Positions 10,115-18,683 are shown, counted from the first letter of the stretch. The stretch is DNA of 20,000 bases from an uncultured virus (IMG/VR IMGVR_UViG_3300020205_001316) (IMGVR_UViG_3300020205_001316); one strand, 5' to 3'. The notes: generated from the letters alone by a model not told the origin. Made by a program: numbers and translations.

Positions 10115-10135
10115 TTATTTTTCTATTATTTGTAA

Positions 10136-11155
10136 TTATCTAAATGTTCCTTTACCATCCACTTCCATATAGTCTTCAAATGTAGTTCCTGTTATAAATC
10201 CTATATGTAAATGATTAAATGTTGGGTCCGTTGGAAACAACATTACTTCACCTACAAATGTTCCTTGTAAAATGGGTGTTCCTATTATTATAGTTTTTCC
10301 TAAATTTTTCATATGTGCCATATAAACCTTTTTACCATTCTCTCCACGTATTGTAACACCTGCACCGAATAATCGTTTACCATCTCTTTCAATTACAGTA
10401 GGACCATAATCATTAACTTTTTCTACTATACCACCAATTGGTGTATAACAGGGTGTTCCTACCGGCGCTACTATATCCGCTGCATTTCCACTTTGCCAAC
10501 CCCCTTGTCCTTTATGCCCGGTTCCTGTTCCGGTATAATTTACTTTAGCACCATTAAATAACATAGTTGAAAACTTAGGAATATCAATTTTAATACCATC
10601 TGGTATTTTATACCCCACCCATGGTACAAATCCATCCATAAGTGTACCAGCCGGCGGATATATAGAACTTGTTTCACATATTCCAGTTATAGTAGTTAAA
10701 TGTATTTTTGCATACATTATAAATGAATTAACAAATGCTCTTGCATCTTTCATTGGTGGCTGTTGTACCTGAGGCCAACTTCCTGGAAAGGTAATATAAT
10801 TTTGTTTAACCCCCATATTACTTGTACTACCTACTGCTGGTAATAATGGAATTTTGGCTTTATTTAATGTAGCACCTGCCCAATAACTAACGACACTTGC
10901 TCCTATTAAATTGAAATATAAATCAAATATATTATTCATTTTATATGCAGCTGCAACTGTTAATACCGATTCTAACGTTGATTGCATAACATTAATATTA
11001 CCTTTTGAAATATTATTTTTGGTTACCACATCTACACCACGTTTTACACATTGATCATATTTAGTAGTAAAAAATTTAGCAAACGCAGCGGCATCCTTTA
11101 AACCCTGTGATTCCATTTTTTCTACTACTTCTCTTTCAAATTGTGCCCAAGACAT
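10136..11155 (-). CDS. Baseplate-associated protein with C-terminal M23 metallopeptidase (peptidoglycan endopeptidase) domain
   Basis: C-terminal DIVAPVGTPCY, GAGVTI, YMAHM and NHLHIGF (HxH) motifs of M23/LytM peptidases. N-terminal ~185 aa are non-catalytic. Lies between the gp5-like and gp25-like genes. Confidence 0.8.
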   Translation of the reverse strand: MSWAQFEREVVEKMESQGLKDAAAFAKFFTTKYDQCVKRGVDVVTKNNISKGNINVMQSTLESVLTVAAAYKMNNIFDLYFNLIGASVVSYWAGATLNKAKIPLLPAVGSTSNMGVKQNYITFPGSWPQVQQPPMKDARAFVNSFIMYAKIHLTTITGICETSSIYPPAGTLMDGFVPWVGYKIPDGIKIDIPKFSTMLFNGAKVNYTGTGTGHKGQGGWQSGNAADIVAPVGTPCYTPIGGIVEKVNDYGPTVIERDGKRLFGAGVTIRGENGKKVYMAHMKNLGKTIIIGTPILQGTFVGEVMLFPTDPTFNHLHIGFITGTTFEDYMEVDGKGTFR

Positions 11156-12459
11156 TATATTAAATAATTGTTTTTAGATAATGTAGTTTTTAATTGATTT
11201 TTTATTGTATTTAAAGTTGCTTTATCAATCGGACCAGGAAAAGTAGGCCCCATATAAGTTTGGAATTGCATTACATTTATAGCATCAATTAATTGTCCTA
11301 TTAAATCTACTAATTTATTACCTAAGATAGCTTGTTGGTTTGCACCATCTCTACCATGAAATACTTTACCACCACTACCAACCGCTAAAATAATATTTTT
11401 ATTTTTATTTGCACTAATATTAATATTTCCATTATGAGATATAATTTTTAAACCTTTCTCACTATCAATTGTAACTATATCATCCGTAAAGATACTAAAC
11501 GTTTTTTTACTAAATAAAAAGGTTTCCGCTGTTTTTGATGAAAGAATTACTCTACCACTATTAACAACAATTTGGTCACCTATTAATTGGTCGGATGATG
11601 GATATGTATTATTAGCTTCTTTAGTTACCTTTATTGTAGTTGAATCGTATAACGTTTTATATTGACCTGATGTTATTTGTATTGATGTGCCGTCTTTATT
11701 AATATCTTCACTTACTACATCATATACTTTTTTTTGTTGATTATCTATATTTTCACCATTACGAATTAAAATAGCCGGATGCTGTGTTCCATTATCTTTG
11801 TTATCATGAATATAACCACTAAAACGAATTGAATTGCCAAATCTACCTTGTAGTAAAGTATCACCTTCATTTAATGTAAGTTGGTGAATTTTCATATTTC
11901 TCTTAAAATACTTACCGGCAAAGCCCGTTTTAATTGTAACAGTTTTATTTGAATTTAAAGAATTAGTTGCAATCCCACTATTTATCGTTTCTTGATATGA
12001 ATCGGATATTTGTGCATCACTATCACCAGCACCTTCGCGTGTACTTTTACTATTAATTAAAAAAATTTGTGGGTCTATATTAAAATTAGGAGAATTTTCC
12101 GCTGTGATTTTTTCATAATATGCCTTCCCGGCAGTTGAATGTATTTTTACAAGTTCATTGTTTACCGGCAAACTGAAAAATTCTCTACTAATTGGAAATG
12201 CAATTGGTAAGCTATTTTCATTTAATTCTGAACCAGCCCCTAGTATTTTATATCTAATTGCACCATAATATAAGGTATTTTTATCTACATAGTCACTATC
12301 GGTAAATTCACTATATAATTTATCAAACTCAGGTAATTTTTCGCTAATTGTTGATATATCTAATATAACACTATCTACTATTGCAACATCATATGCTGCC
12401 TGTGTTTGATTTTGTAATGATTGTGCACTTCTATATTGTGATGAAAACTGATTAGTCAT
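11155..12459 (-). CDS. Baseplate hub/central spike protein (T4 gp5/VgrG-like, no lysozyme domain evident)
   Basis: OB-fold-like AFPIS...SLPVNNELVKI, EGDTLLQGRFGNSIRFS, short beta-strand repeats (QIVVNSGRVILSS...IVTIDSEKGLKI) and a C-terminal AILGNKLVDLI. Position upstream of gp25/gp6. Confidence 0.7.
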   Translation of the reverse strand: MTNQFSSQYRSAQSLQNQTQAAYDVAIVDSVILDISTISEKLPEFDKLYSEFTDSDYVDKNTLYYGAIRYKILGAGSELNENSLPIAFPISREFFSLPVNNELVKIHSTAGKAYYEKITAENSPNFNIDPQIFLINSKSTREGAGDSDAQISDSYQETINSGIATNSLNSNKTVTIKTGFAGKYFKRNMKIHQLTLNEGDTLLQGRFGNSIRFSGYIHDNKDNGTQHPAILIRNGENIDNQQKKVYDVVSEDINKDGTSIQITSGQYKTLYDSTTIKVTKEANNTYPSSDQLIGDQIVVNSGRVILSSKTAETFLFSKKTFSIFTDDIVTIDSEKGLKIISHNGNINISANKNKNIILAVGSGGKVFHGRDGANQQAILGNKLVDLIGQLIDAINVMQFQTYMGPTFPGPIDKATLNTIKNQLKTTLSKNNYLI

Positions 12460-12878
12460 TATTTACCCATACTTTCTTTTAATGATTCAATTTCAAATTC
12501 CAAATCTTCAATTTTATCATCCGTACTTTGTGTAATCTCTTTTGCTACTACATCCATTTCATCTAATAATGCTTTTTTATCATCTTCACTTAACCAACCT
12601 TCATCACCCGCTTTCTTAGTGTTTGCTAATACTAACTTTTGTGCTATGTTTGCTATTTTAATTAAATGGTCATCATTTGAAATACTTGCTTCAATTAGTT
12701 GTGTAATAATTGGTCCTATTGTAATTACATCGGATGCTTTAGTTACTAACTTTCTCATTTCTTGAATTAAATCAGAAATATTTTTCTTTTTACTTTGTTG
12801 GTTTTCGTATATATCACCCAACAAATCACTAAATGTTTTTCCCTTAAATAATGGGAAATTCATGTCTACATTTGCCAT
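12459..12878 (-). CDS. Hypothetical alpha-helical phage protein
   Basis: 139-aa helical ORF, first gene after the ATATTTATA motif, with a TAATG overlap to the gp5-like gene. Confidence 0.7.
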   Translation of the reverse strand: MANVDMNFPLFKGKTFSDLLGDIYENQQSKKKNISDLIQEMRKLVTKASDVITIGPIITQLIEASISNDDHLIKIANIAQKLVLANTKKAGDEGWLSEDDKKALLDEMDVVAKEITQSTDDKIEDLEFEIESLKESMGK

Positions 12879-12889
12879 AAAGTCTTTTT

Positions 12890-12898
12890 TATAAATAT
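12890..12898 (-). promoter_or_regulatory. Candidate phage late-promoter motif ATATTTATA
   Basis: Located in the 35-bp gap, 11 nt upstream of the ATG at 12878, at the head of the structural module. Confidence 0.6.
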
Positions 12899-12913
12899 TG
12901 TGTATTTGAAAAC

Positions 12914-14611
12914 TTACTTACTAATCAAATAGTTACCCAATACTAAATAATCCATTTCACAATCATAAAATGTTTTAATAGCTGTTTTTGGGTCTAATAC
13001 CATTGTTTGACCTCTAAGATTAAATGAGGTATTAAGTAAAATGGGATAACCACTTTTCTTTTCAAATTTCTTAAGTAAACTAAAAATATATGGATTGAAA
13101 GTAGAACGAACTGTTTGAACTCTAGCCGTACCATCCGCGTGAGTAATAGATGGTAAACCTGCAATAAAACTATCCTTAACTTTAAATACCTGGTTCATAT
13201 ACGGAACTTCTTGTCCTAACATTTGAAAATATTTATTTGCATCATCGGCGGTTACCATTGGTGCAAAAGGTCTAAATCCTTCTCTCTTTTTAATTACTCT
13301 ATTTACTTTTGGTTTAATATCTTTAATAGTTGGATTGGCTAATATAGAACGATGTCCTAATGCTCGTTGTCCAAACTCACTGCCATCTTGAAACCATCCT
13401 ATGATTGCACCATCATTAATTAAACCCGCTACCTTTTCTATTAATGGATTATAATTTTCAAATCTCTTTACTTTATCATTTGGAACTAACTTAGCTATTG
13501 CAGTTATAAAATCTGCTGCTACATATGAGGGTCCTAAGAATGGTGTTGAATTTTCTACTCTCTTATATGTAGGATTAGATTGATAATACACAAATAATGC
13601 ACACCCAATAGCACTACCCGCATCAGATGGTGCTGGTGGAACATATACGTTCTTGTAGGGAGTTTCTATTGTTATCTTACCATTTGCTAATCCATTATAT
13701 GCACACCCACCACTCAAACATAAATTGTCTTGTGGGTAATGTGTATAGAAACTATTTAACATTTGGAAAAACAATCTTTCGTAATGTGCTTGTAATGAAA
13801 AGGCAATATCTTTATGTATTTGCTCTAATTCACTTTCAGGAACTCTTGGTGAAATTCCGAATAATTCACACATTTTAGAAGTGAACATTCCTCTATCCGA
13901 ATAATGAAATGAAAAGTATTTTAAATCTAAGTCTAATGTATTACCATTTAGTTTAGCTAACTTTTCAAATTGTTCTCTATATAAATCTTTTTGATTACCA
14001 TATGCCACTAATCCCATTACTTTGTATTCACCACTATTTGGTTTGAATCCTAAGAATGCCGTAATGGTTGCGTAGAGTAATCCTAATGAATGTGGAAAGA
14101 ACGTTCTCTCTAATGGTTGTATATATCTACCTTTTAATCCTAATCCTAATATTGCTGTTTCGTTTTCACCAACCCCATCTACTGAAAATAAATGTGCGTT
14201 TTCAAATGGTGAAGTATAAAATGAATATGCTAAATGTGATATGTGATGTTCTACATATTCGATAGAACCGGTATATCCTAATTGTGTACGAATAATATCT
14301 TCAATGTTATTATTCTTTCTCCAAAATATAAGCTTCTTAGTTAAGAGGATTGTTTTAGGAAAATAAGTAAACCATTGTTCTTTAAATCTTTCGTATTTTT
14401 TTTTAGGGTCTTCGTACCAAACAATTTTATCTATTTGGTTAATTTTTAATTTGTTTTGTTTTAGAATCCACTTAATGGAATTGATAGGAAATCTTTGGTC
14501 GTGCTTTATACCTGTAAATCGTTCTTCTTCTTGCGCCGATACAACTTTACCATCTACAATCAATGCAGCTGCTGAGTCGTGGTAAAATGCTGATATTCCT
14601 AATATTCTCAT
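12914..14611 (-). CDS. O-carbamoyltransferase, NodU/CmcH/TobZ/NovN family
   Basis: Motifs HDSAAAL, QEEERF, EHHISH, DGVGE, EYKVMGL, GGCAYN, DAGSAIG, EFGQRALGHRSILA, KKREGFRPFAP, HADGTARVQTV and LLNTSFN. Start reassigned to ATG 14611 (MRILGIS), which gives an ATGA overlap with the upstream stop. Confidence 0.93.
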   Translation of the reverse strand: MRILGISAFYHDSAAALIVDGKVVSAQEEERFTGIKHDQRFPINSIKWILKQNKLKINQIDKIVWYEDPKKKYERFKEQWFTYFPKTILLTKKLIFWRKNNNIEDIIRTQLGYTGSIEYVEHHISHLAYSFYTSPFENAHLFSVDGVGENETAILGLGLKGRYIQPLERTFFPHSLGLLYATITAFLGFKPNSGEYKVMGLVAYGNQKDLYREQFEKLAKLNGNTLDLDLKYFSFHYSDRGMFTSKMCELFGISPRVPESELEQIHKDIAFSLQAHYERLFFQMLNSFYTHYPQDNLCLSGGCAYNGLANGKITIETPYKNVYVPPAPSDAGSAIGCALFVYYQSNPTYKRVENSTPFLGPSYVAADFITAIAKLVPNDKVKRFENYNPLIEKVAGLINDGAIIGWFQDGSEFGQRALGHRSILANPTIKDIKPKVNRVIKKREGFRPFAPMVTADDANKYFQMLGQEVPYMNQVFKVKDSFIAGLPSITHADGTARVQTVRSTFNPYIFSLLKKFEKKSGYPILLNTSFNLRGQTMVLDPKTAIKTFYDCEMDYLVLGNYLISK

Positions 14612-15336
14612 CTCGTTATTGCTCGCTTCCAAAACAGGTCTTTTGATTCTTGTGTAATATCCCCCTCATCTAAAAATTGATAATACAATTTCATTTGAGT
14701 TTCTTTCATCTTTGAAACAACTTTAGTTATGTAGTGTGTTTTATAACCTGTCATTTCTCTAACCAATAAGTATAACGATTTTTTATTAAATGACTCTATA
14801 AATTCTGCTCTTCTAAATAATTCTAATACAGCATCTGCAATTTGAATATCTCTTTTCTTTGTAAATTCTTTATTTAAATTCAAATCCCAAAATTGTAACA
14901 TTCTATCATTAAATGTTTTGAATTCTTCGTTATGAGATGTTTGTTTGAAATCATTTTCTAAATCCCAACTAACCGGCATTGCACTTAATTGTGATGTTGC
15001 TTTAAATCGTTTGTAATTAGAATTGTTATTTAGGATAAGATAGTTACGAGCCGCAATAGTAAAGTAACTAAATGCTTTACCTTTACCTTCTTCAAATTTA
15101 TGTATCTTCTCCAATAAAAAAGAAACTACTTCATGTTTAATATCTTCTTTATCATCATCAAAATAAGTAAATCCCCAAGTGTTTAATACGTTTTCTGATA
15201 ACTTATAAAATGAATAATGGATGTGTTCGGTGTATAATTTATTTCTCTCTCTATTATCATCCGATTTGTTATAAGCGATAATAGCTGCTTCGGTTTGTTC
15301 GGTGAAGTATCTAGTATCTTTTTTCTTTCTACCCAT
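14608..15336 (-). CDS. Phage RNA polymerase sigma factor (T4 gp55-like, region-2 type)
   Basis: EDIKHEVVSFLLEKIHKFEEGKGKAFSYFTIAARNYLI resembles sigma region 2.2-2.4 and the gp55 'F...K...AF.YFT....N' signature. 242 aa. Confidence 0.7.
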   Translation of the reverse strand: MGRKKKDTRYFTEQTEAAIIAYNKSDDNRERNKLYTEHIHYSFYKLSENVLNTWGFTYFDDDKEDIKHEVVSFLLEKIHKFEEGKGKAFSYFTIAARNYLILNNNSNYKRFKATSQLSAMPVSWDLENDFKQTSHNEEFKTFNDRMLQFWDLNLNKEFTKKRDIQIADAVLELFRRAEFIESFNKKSLYLLVREMTGYKTHYITKVVSKMKETQMKLYYQFLDEGDITQESKDLFWKRAITR

Positions 15337-15589
15337 TATTGTTTCCGTTTAATATTTTTTGGTTATTGGCTATAAGATTCTTTAAGTCTTGGAATGTTGA
15401 ACCAACCTCATCATCACTTTCAAATGCTCCTGTTGAATCAATTTCTTTCATAGCGTTTAAAATTTGAATATAAGATTCGGTGTTAGATGCAATTACATCT
15501 TCGTATCTTTCTAATTTATTTAAAAGATTGTATATTCCATAACCGGCTGCGGCTAAGAATATTGTTAAAATTATTATCATTAGTTCCAT
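15329..15589 (-). CDS. Small membrane-anchored hypothetical protein
   Basis: N-terminal hydrophobic helix MELMIIILTIFLAAAGYGIY followed by a helical/acidic region. Overlaps the sigma gene start. Confidence 0.65.
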   Translation of the reverse strand: MELMIIILTIFLAAAGYGIYNLLNKLERYEDVIASNTESYIQILNAMKEIDSTGAFESDDEVGSTFQDLKNLIANNQKILNGNNNG

Positions 15590-15590
15590 A

Positions 15591-16208
15591 TTATGCTACC
15601 TCCCATCCTTGTTCTAAGTAAGTTGATAAATTCTTTTTCTTAACTGATAGTGTTTCATTATCTTTCTTTAGGATAAATCTTTCATTTCTACCCATCTTAG
15701 CAAATGTAGTTAAACGAACAGTTTCAGTATATTGTCTATCTCTAATGGTTACTCCGTTCAAATGGTCAATTTCATGTTGAACACAAACTGATTCTAATAA
15801 ATCTACATCACCAAATAATGCATTGATATCTTCGTGCTTTCTTTCTTTTGTAGAAAAATCTAATACATCCGGAAAGTTATCTGCTTTTACTTTAACACCA
15901 TAAGAACGAACTGTCTTAATTGGTTTTTTCATTGTTTTAGGTAAAGATAAACATCCTTCAAAATACATTATCTTTTCTTCACTTTCTTCTACGATTGTAG
16001 GATTAACTAATACTAATGGTTCTTCTCTAACATTGATTACACAAATTCTTTTATTTAATCCTATTTGATTTGCACTCATACCTAACCCCTGGTGTTCGGT
16101 TACTGCTGTTAATAAAGCAGCCGTTGCTAAATCTTGTTCTTCTTTTGTAAATGTTGTAGTAGGAATTGGTTTTTTTAATGCCGATGTGTCTGTTACTATT
16201 TTTATCAT
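15591..16208 (-). CDS. def: Peptide deformylase with C-terminal extension
   Basis: All three PDF motifs are present: GLGMSANQIG, EGCLS and QHEIDHLNG. Start reassigned to ATG 16208 (MIKIVTD) because the track's TTG at 16229 lies inside the promoter -7 element. Confidence 0.93.
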   Translation of the reverse strand: MIKIVTDTSALKKPIPTTTFTKEEQDLATAALLTAVTEHQGLGMSANQIGLNKRICVINVREEPLVLVNPTIVEESEEKIMYFEGCLSLPKTMKKPIKTVRSYGVKVKADNFPDVLDFSTKERKHEDINALFGDVDLLESVCVQHEIDHLNGVTIRDRQYTETVRLTTFAKMGRNERFILKKDNETLSVKKKNLSTYLEQGWEVA

Positions 16209-16226
16209 ATGTAATTGTTTATTATT

Positions 16227-16258
16227 CAAATATACACTAAATAAGTATAGTTTCCAAA
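16227..16258 (-). promoter_or_regulatory. Bacteroidota housekeeping-sigma promoter (-33 TTTG / -7 TAnnTTTG)
   Basis: Minus strand reads TTTG-GAAACTATACTTATTTAGTG(20 nt)-TATATTTG. It is followed by a short A-rich, SD-less leader to the def ATG. Confidence 0.75.
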
Positions 16259-16274
16259 TAATAATAAGATTTTA

Positions 16275-17309
16275 TTAAAATAAATCCCAATGAATCATTA
16301 CAGCTTTAACAAATTTTTCCCAATAATAATATGTGGGATGTGCGGTTTCAAAAAATACTCCTTTTTTCATTTTTTCCTTTGCTCTACTAATTTTTAATTT
16401 GGTAGGTTTATCCTGTAATTGTTGTGGAGTCATTTCGGTATCTTCAAAGAAAAATGCAATGTATTCATCTTCTCCTTCTTTATATTCATTATTTTTAAAT
16501 ATCCATTCATGAATACCGCCATATTCTACATTTTCATCTTTATAAAACCAAAAATTATTTAAATCTAACATTTTAAATAAATCATAAACATATTCATCTT
16601 TTTTAATATAACCTAATGGTTCTTTTTTTGTTAATACTTTATCTATGAAATATGATTTAAAATATGTTTCTTCGTTTGTTTTATCCAATTCAAAATAATT
16701 CATATCAGGTAATGATAATACATCAAAATCAAAAAATATTTTATATTGTATATTATTTGCTTTACAAAAACTTTGCAATAGTAACAAATGTGTAATAGAT
16801 TTAATCTCAGCTTCTTCAAATGAAAATAAATGTTCCGAATATGCTTTTGCAACTTTAAATGCGTTATCATCTGAATACGCTTCTTTTGCAACATTTTGTA
16901 CGCCACCAAATAACAAAAAACCAGACTGGTCATTTGTAAATAAATAATGATTATTAATAGGATTAACTAAATCATCTTTTATATTTTTAATTTTTCTCAT
17001 TTTATCTGAAAAATAAAACGATTGTCTATAAAACTCTGGACAATTAAAAATTATTGAAAAATTACTATTTCCATCATTTAATAATTTGGTTGCTAATGAT
17101 ATGGTTGATAATACTGCTGCCTGAATTGTATTACTTGCTACACCTAAATTGTAAACCTTATTACCAAAATTTCTATGTATTGCTTCGGGATATGAACCTA
17201 TATTTGCATCGGGGTGCGTTCCGATAGGACAATACGCATCTTTAAATCTTTCTTTTTCAGGTCTGCGAAATGATGTGTTTGAACCACCAACACAAATTAT
17301 ATCTTTCAT
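16275..17309 (-). CDS. SGNH/GDSL-like hydrolase/acyltransferase-like protein
   Basis: Block I-like IICVGGSNTS, SYPEAI, block II-like VYNLGVASN, and a C-terminal block V-like ETAHPT. Confidence 0.55.
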   Translation of the reverse strand: MKDIICVGGSNTSFRRPEKERFKDAYCPIGTHPDANIGSYPEAIHRNFGNKVYNLGVASNTIQAAVLSTISLATKLLNDGNSNFSIIFNCPEFYRQSFYFSDKMRKIKNIKDDLVNPINNHYLFTNDQSGFLLFGGVQNVAKEAYSDDNAFKVAKAYSEHLFSFEEAEIKSITHLLLLQSFCKANNIQYKIFFDFDVLSLPDMNYFELDKTNEETYFKSYFIDKVLTKKEPLGYIKKDEYVYDLFKMLDLNNFWFYKDENVEYGGIHEWIFKNNEYKEGEDEYIAFFFEDTEMTPQQLQDKPTKLKISRAKEKMKKGVFFETAHPTYYYWEKFVKAVMIHWDLF

Positions 17310-17312
17310 ATG

Positions 17313-17636
17313 TTATAATGCAAATGATTCACCACACCCACATGTACGGGATGCGTTTGGATTGATAAACTGAAACCCTTTACCATTCAATCCATCGGAG
17401 AACTCTAATTCGGTTCCATAAAGGTATAGTAATGATTTCATGTCTATTAGTATCTGTACTCCTTTATCTTCTGCAAGAGTATCTCCTGTTTGTTGTTCGG
17501 TATCAAATGATAAATCATACGATAGTCCACTACACCCACCACCTTTGACTGCCACTCTAACGAATGGAGTTTTGAACCCACTTTCTTCAATGAGTGAGTT
17601 TAATTTTTTTGCTGCACCTTCTGATACTGTTACCAT
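17313..17636 (-). CDS. iscA: A-type Fe-S cluster carrier (IscA/SufA/HesB family)
   Basis: RVAVKGGGCSGLSY, LYLYGTELEFSDGLNGKGF and NPNASRTCGCGESF, with all three conserved Cys. Confidence 0.95.
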   Translation of the reverse strand: MVTVSEGAAKKLNSLIEESGFKTPFVRVAVKGGGCSGLSYDLSFDTEQQTGDTLAEDKGVQILIDMKSLLYLYGTELEFSDGLNGKGFQFINPNASRTCGCGESFAL

Positions 17637-17637
17637 A

Positions 17638-18066
17638 TTAATAATTATATCTTTTTATATAATCAGAACAAATACCCTTACATAATAAAACATTATCATT
17701 ATCTATTTCAGGCAATACTGCTATACTTCCTTTAATTGGTTGTTTGCCTGGATATGCCCATACATAATTTTTAGATGTTAGTGTTATGGTATCGGTTTCG
17801 TGCCAAAAATAATGAATTGCATATTTTTTCATTTCAAATAATGCATCCAAATGTTTAGCGTGACACCATAGTTTTTCATTCATCAAAAACTTATAATCAG
17901 TTTCATATAATGGTTTATCGTGCCCTAACATAAACTTACCATCAACAAACCATAAATCAATTTCAACATCGTAACCTAAGTTCAATGCTTCATTAATATA
18001 ATCGGGATGATTTTCTAAATGTGGTTTCTTACCATCTATGTTTCCTCTATGTGAAATTAATATCAT
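17638..18066 (-). CDS. Short glycerophosphodiester phosphodiesterase / PLC-like protein
   Basis: ISHRGN, EN, GYDVEIDLW, LGHD and HAKH motifs. At 142 aa it is shorter than a full GDPD TIM barrel. Confidence 0.75.
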   Translation of the reverse strand: MILISHRGNIDGKKPHLENHPDYINEALNLGYDVEIDLWFVDGKFMLGHDKPLYETDYKFLMNEKLWCHAKHLDALFEMKKYAIHYFWHETDTITLTSKNYVWAYPGKQPIKGSIAVLPEIDNDNVLLCKGICSDYIKRYNY

Positions 18067-18683
18067 GGCATTCTATGTCTTGTTAATGTATAATATGCAT
18101 TTGTATTCGATAAATAATGTTCATTAGATATTATATGTATATTTTCTTCACCTATTTTTGGTAATAAAAAACTATAAACTGGATGTAAGTCACTACAACC
18201 CCTTACCGGTTTATCATACGCATCTTGTATACTTTCTATAAATTGTGGAAGAAATTGTTTAGGTATTATAAAAATATTATCAGTAGTAAATTTATGAGAA
18301 TCCCACCAACCGTCTTCTCTAAATAAAAAATTAACTTTAGTAAAATCAATATTTAATTCACTAAATGGTTTATAGAAAAAAATATCAAATCTAGTTGAGA
18401 TTATAATATCTACATCTTCATTCAATAATTCTTTTAATGATTTAATATAGGTTAATCTCTGTTCACTATTTGAAAAATCTAATAAAGTTGTTTTTACTGG
18501 TTTGTATTGTTCTATTAATTGATGTGTAGTTTCAGTTTCGTATGTACACATATAAACAGATACACTATGTTCAGGATTGTACACATCTATTATAGATTTT
18601 TTAATATTATCAATTGATACTGTCCAATCCCGTCTTTCATTTGGTACATATGATTTACCAACTAAATTTAGTCCAATTTTCAT
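18063..18683 (-). CDS. Hypothetical protein, possibly glycosyltransferase-like
   Basis: MKIGLNLVG start, DIIISTRFDIFF (RxD) and DNIFIIP pattern as seen in uncharacterised glycan-locus proteins. Located among sugar-enzyme genes. Confidence 0.45.
   Translation of the reverse strand: MKIGLNLVGKSYVPNERRDWTVSIDNIKKSIIDVYNPEHSVSVYMCTYETETTHQLIEQYKPVKTTLLDFSNSEQRLTYIKSLKELLNEDVDIIISTRFDIFFYKPFSELNIDFTKVNFLFREDGWWDSHKFTTDNIFIIPKQFLPQFIESIQDAYDKPVRGCSDLHPVYSFLLPKIGEENIHIISNEHYLSNTNAYYTLTRHRMP

Noticed and set aside
7159..12459. Bacterial extracellular contractile injection system, tailocin or T6SS locus
   Set aside because: The gp6-sized wedge, gp55-like sigma factor, phage-style auxiliary genes and single-strand dense packing fit a large lytic phage better. 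No AAA ATPase or T6SS membrane genes are seen.
14612..14632. ORF-track start of the carbamoyltransferase at 14632 (and of def at 16229)
   Set aside because: Both are TTG extensions. The family N-terminus and ATGA coupling support 14611, and promoter position supports 16208.
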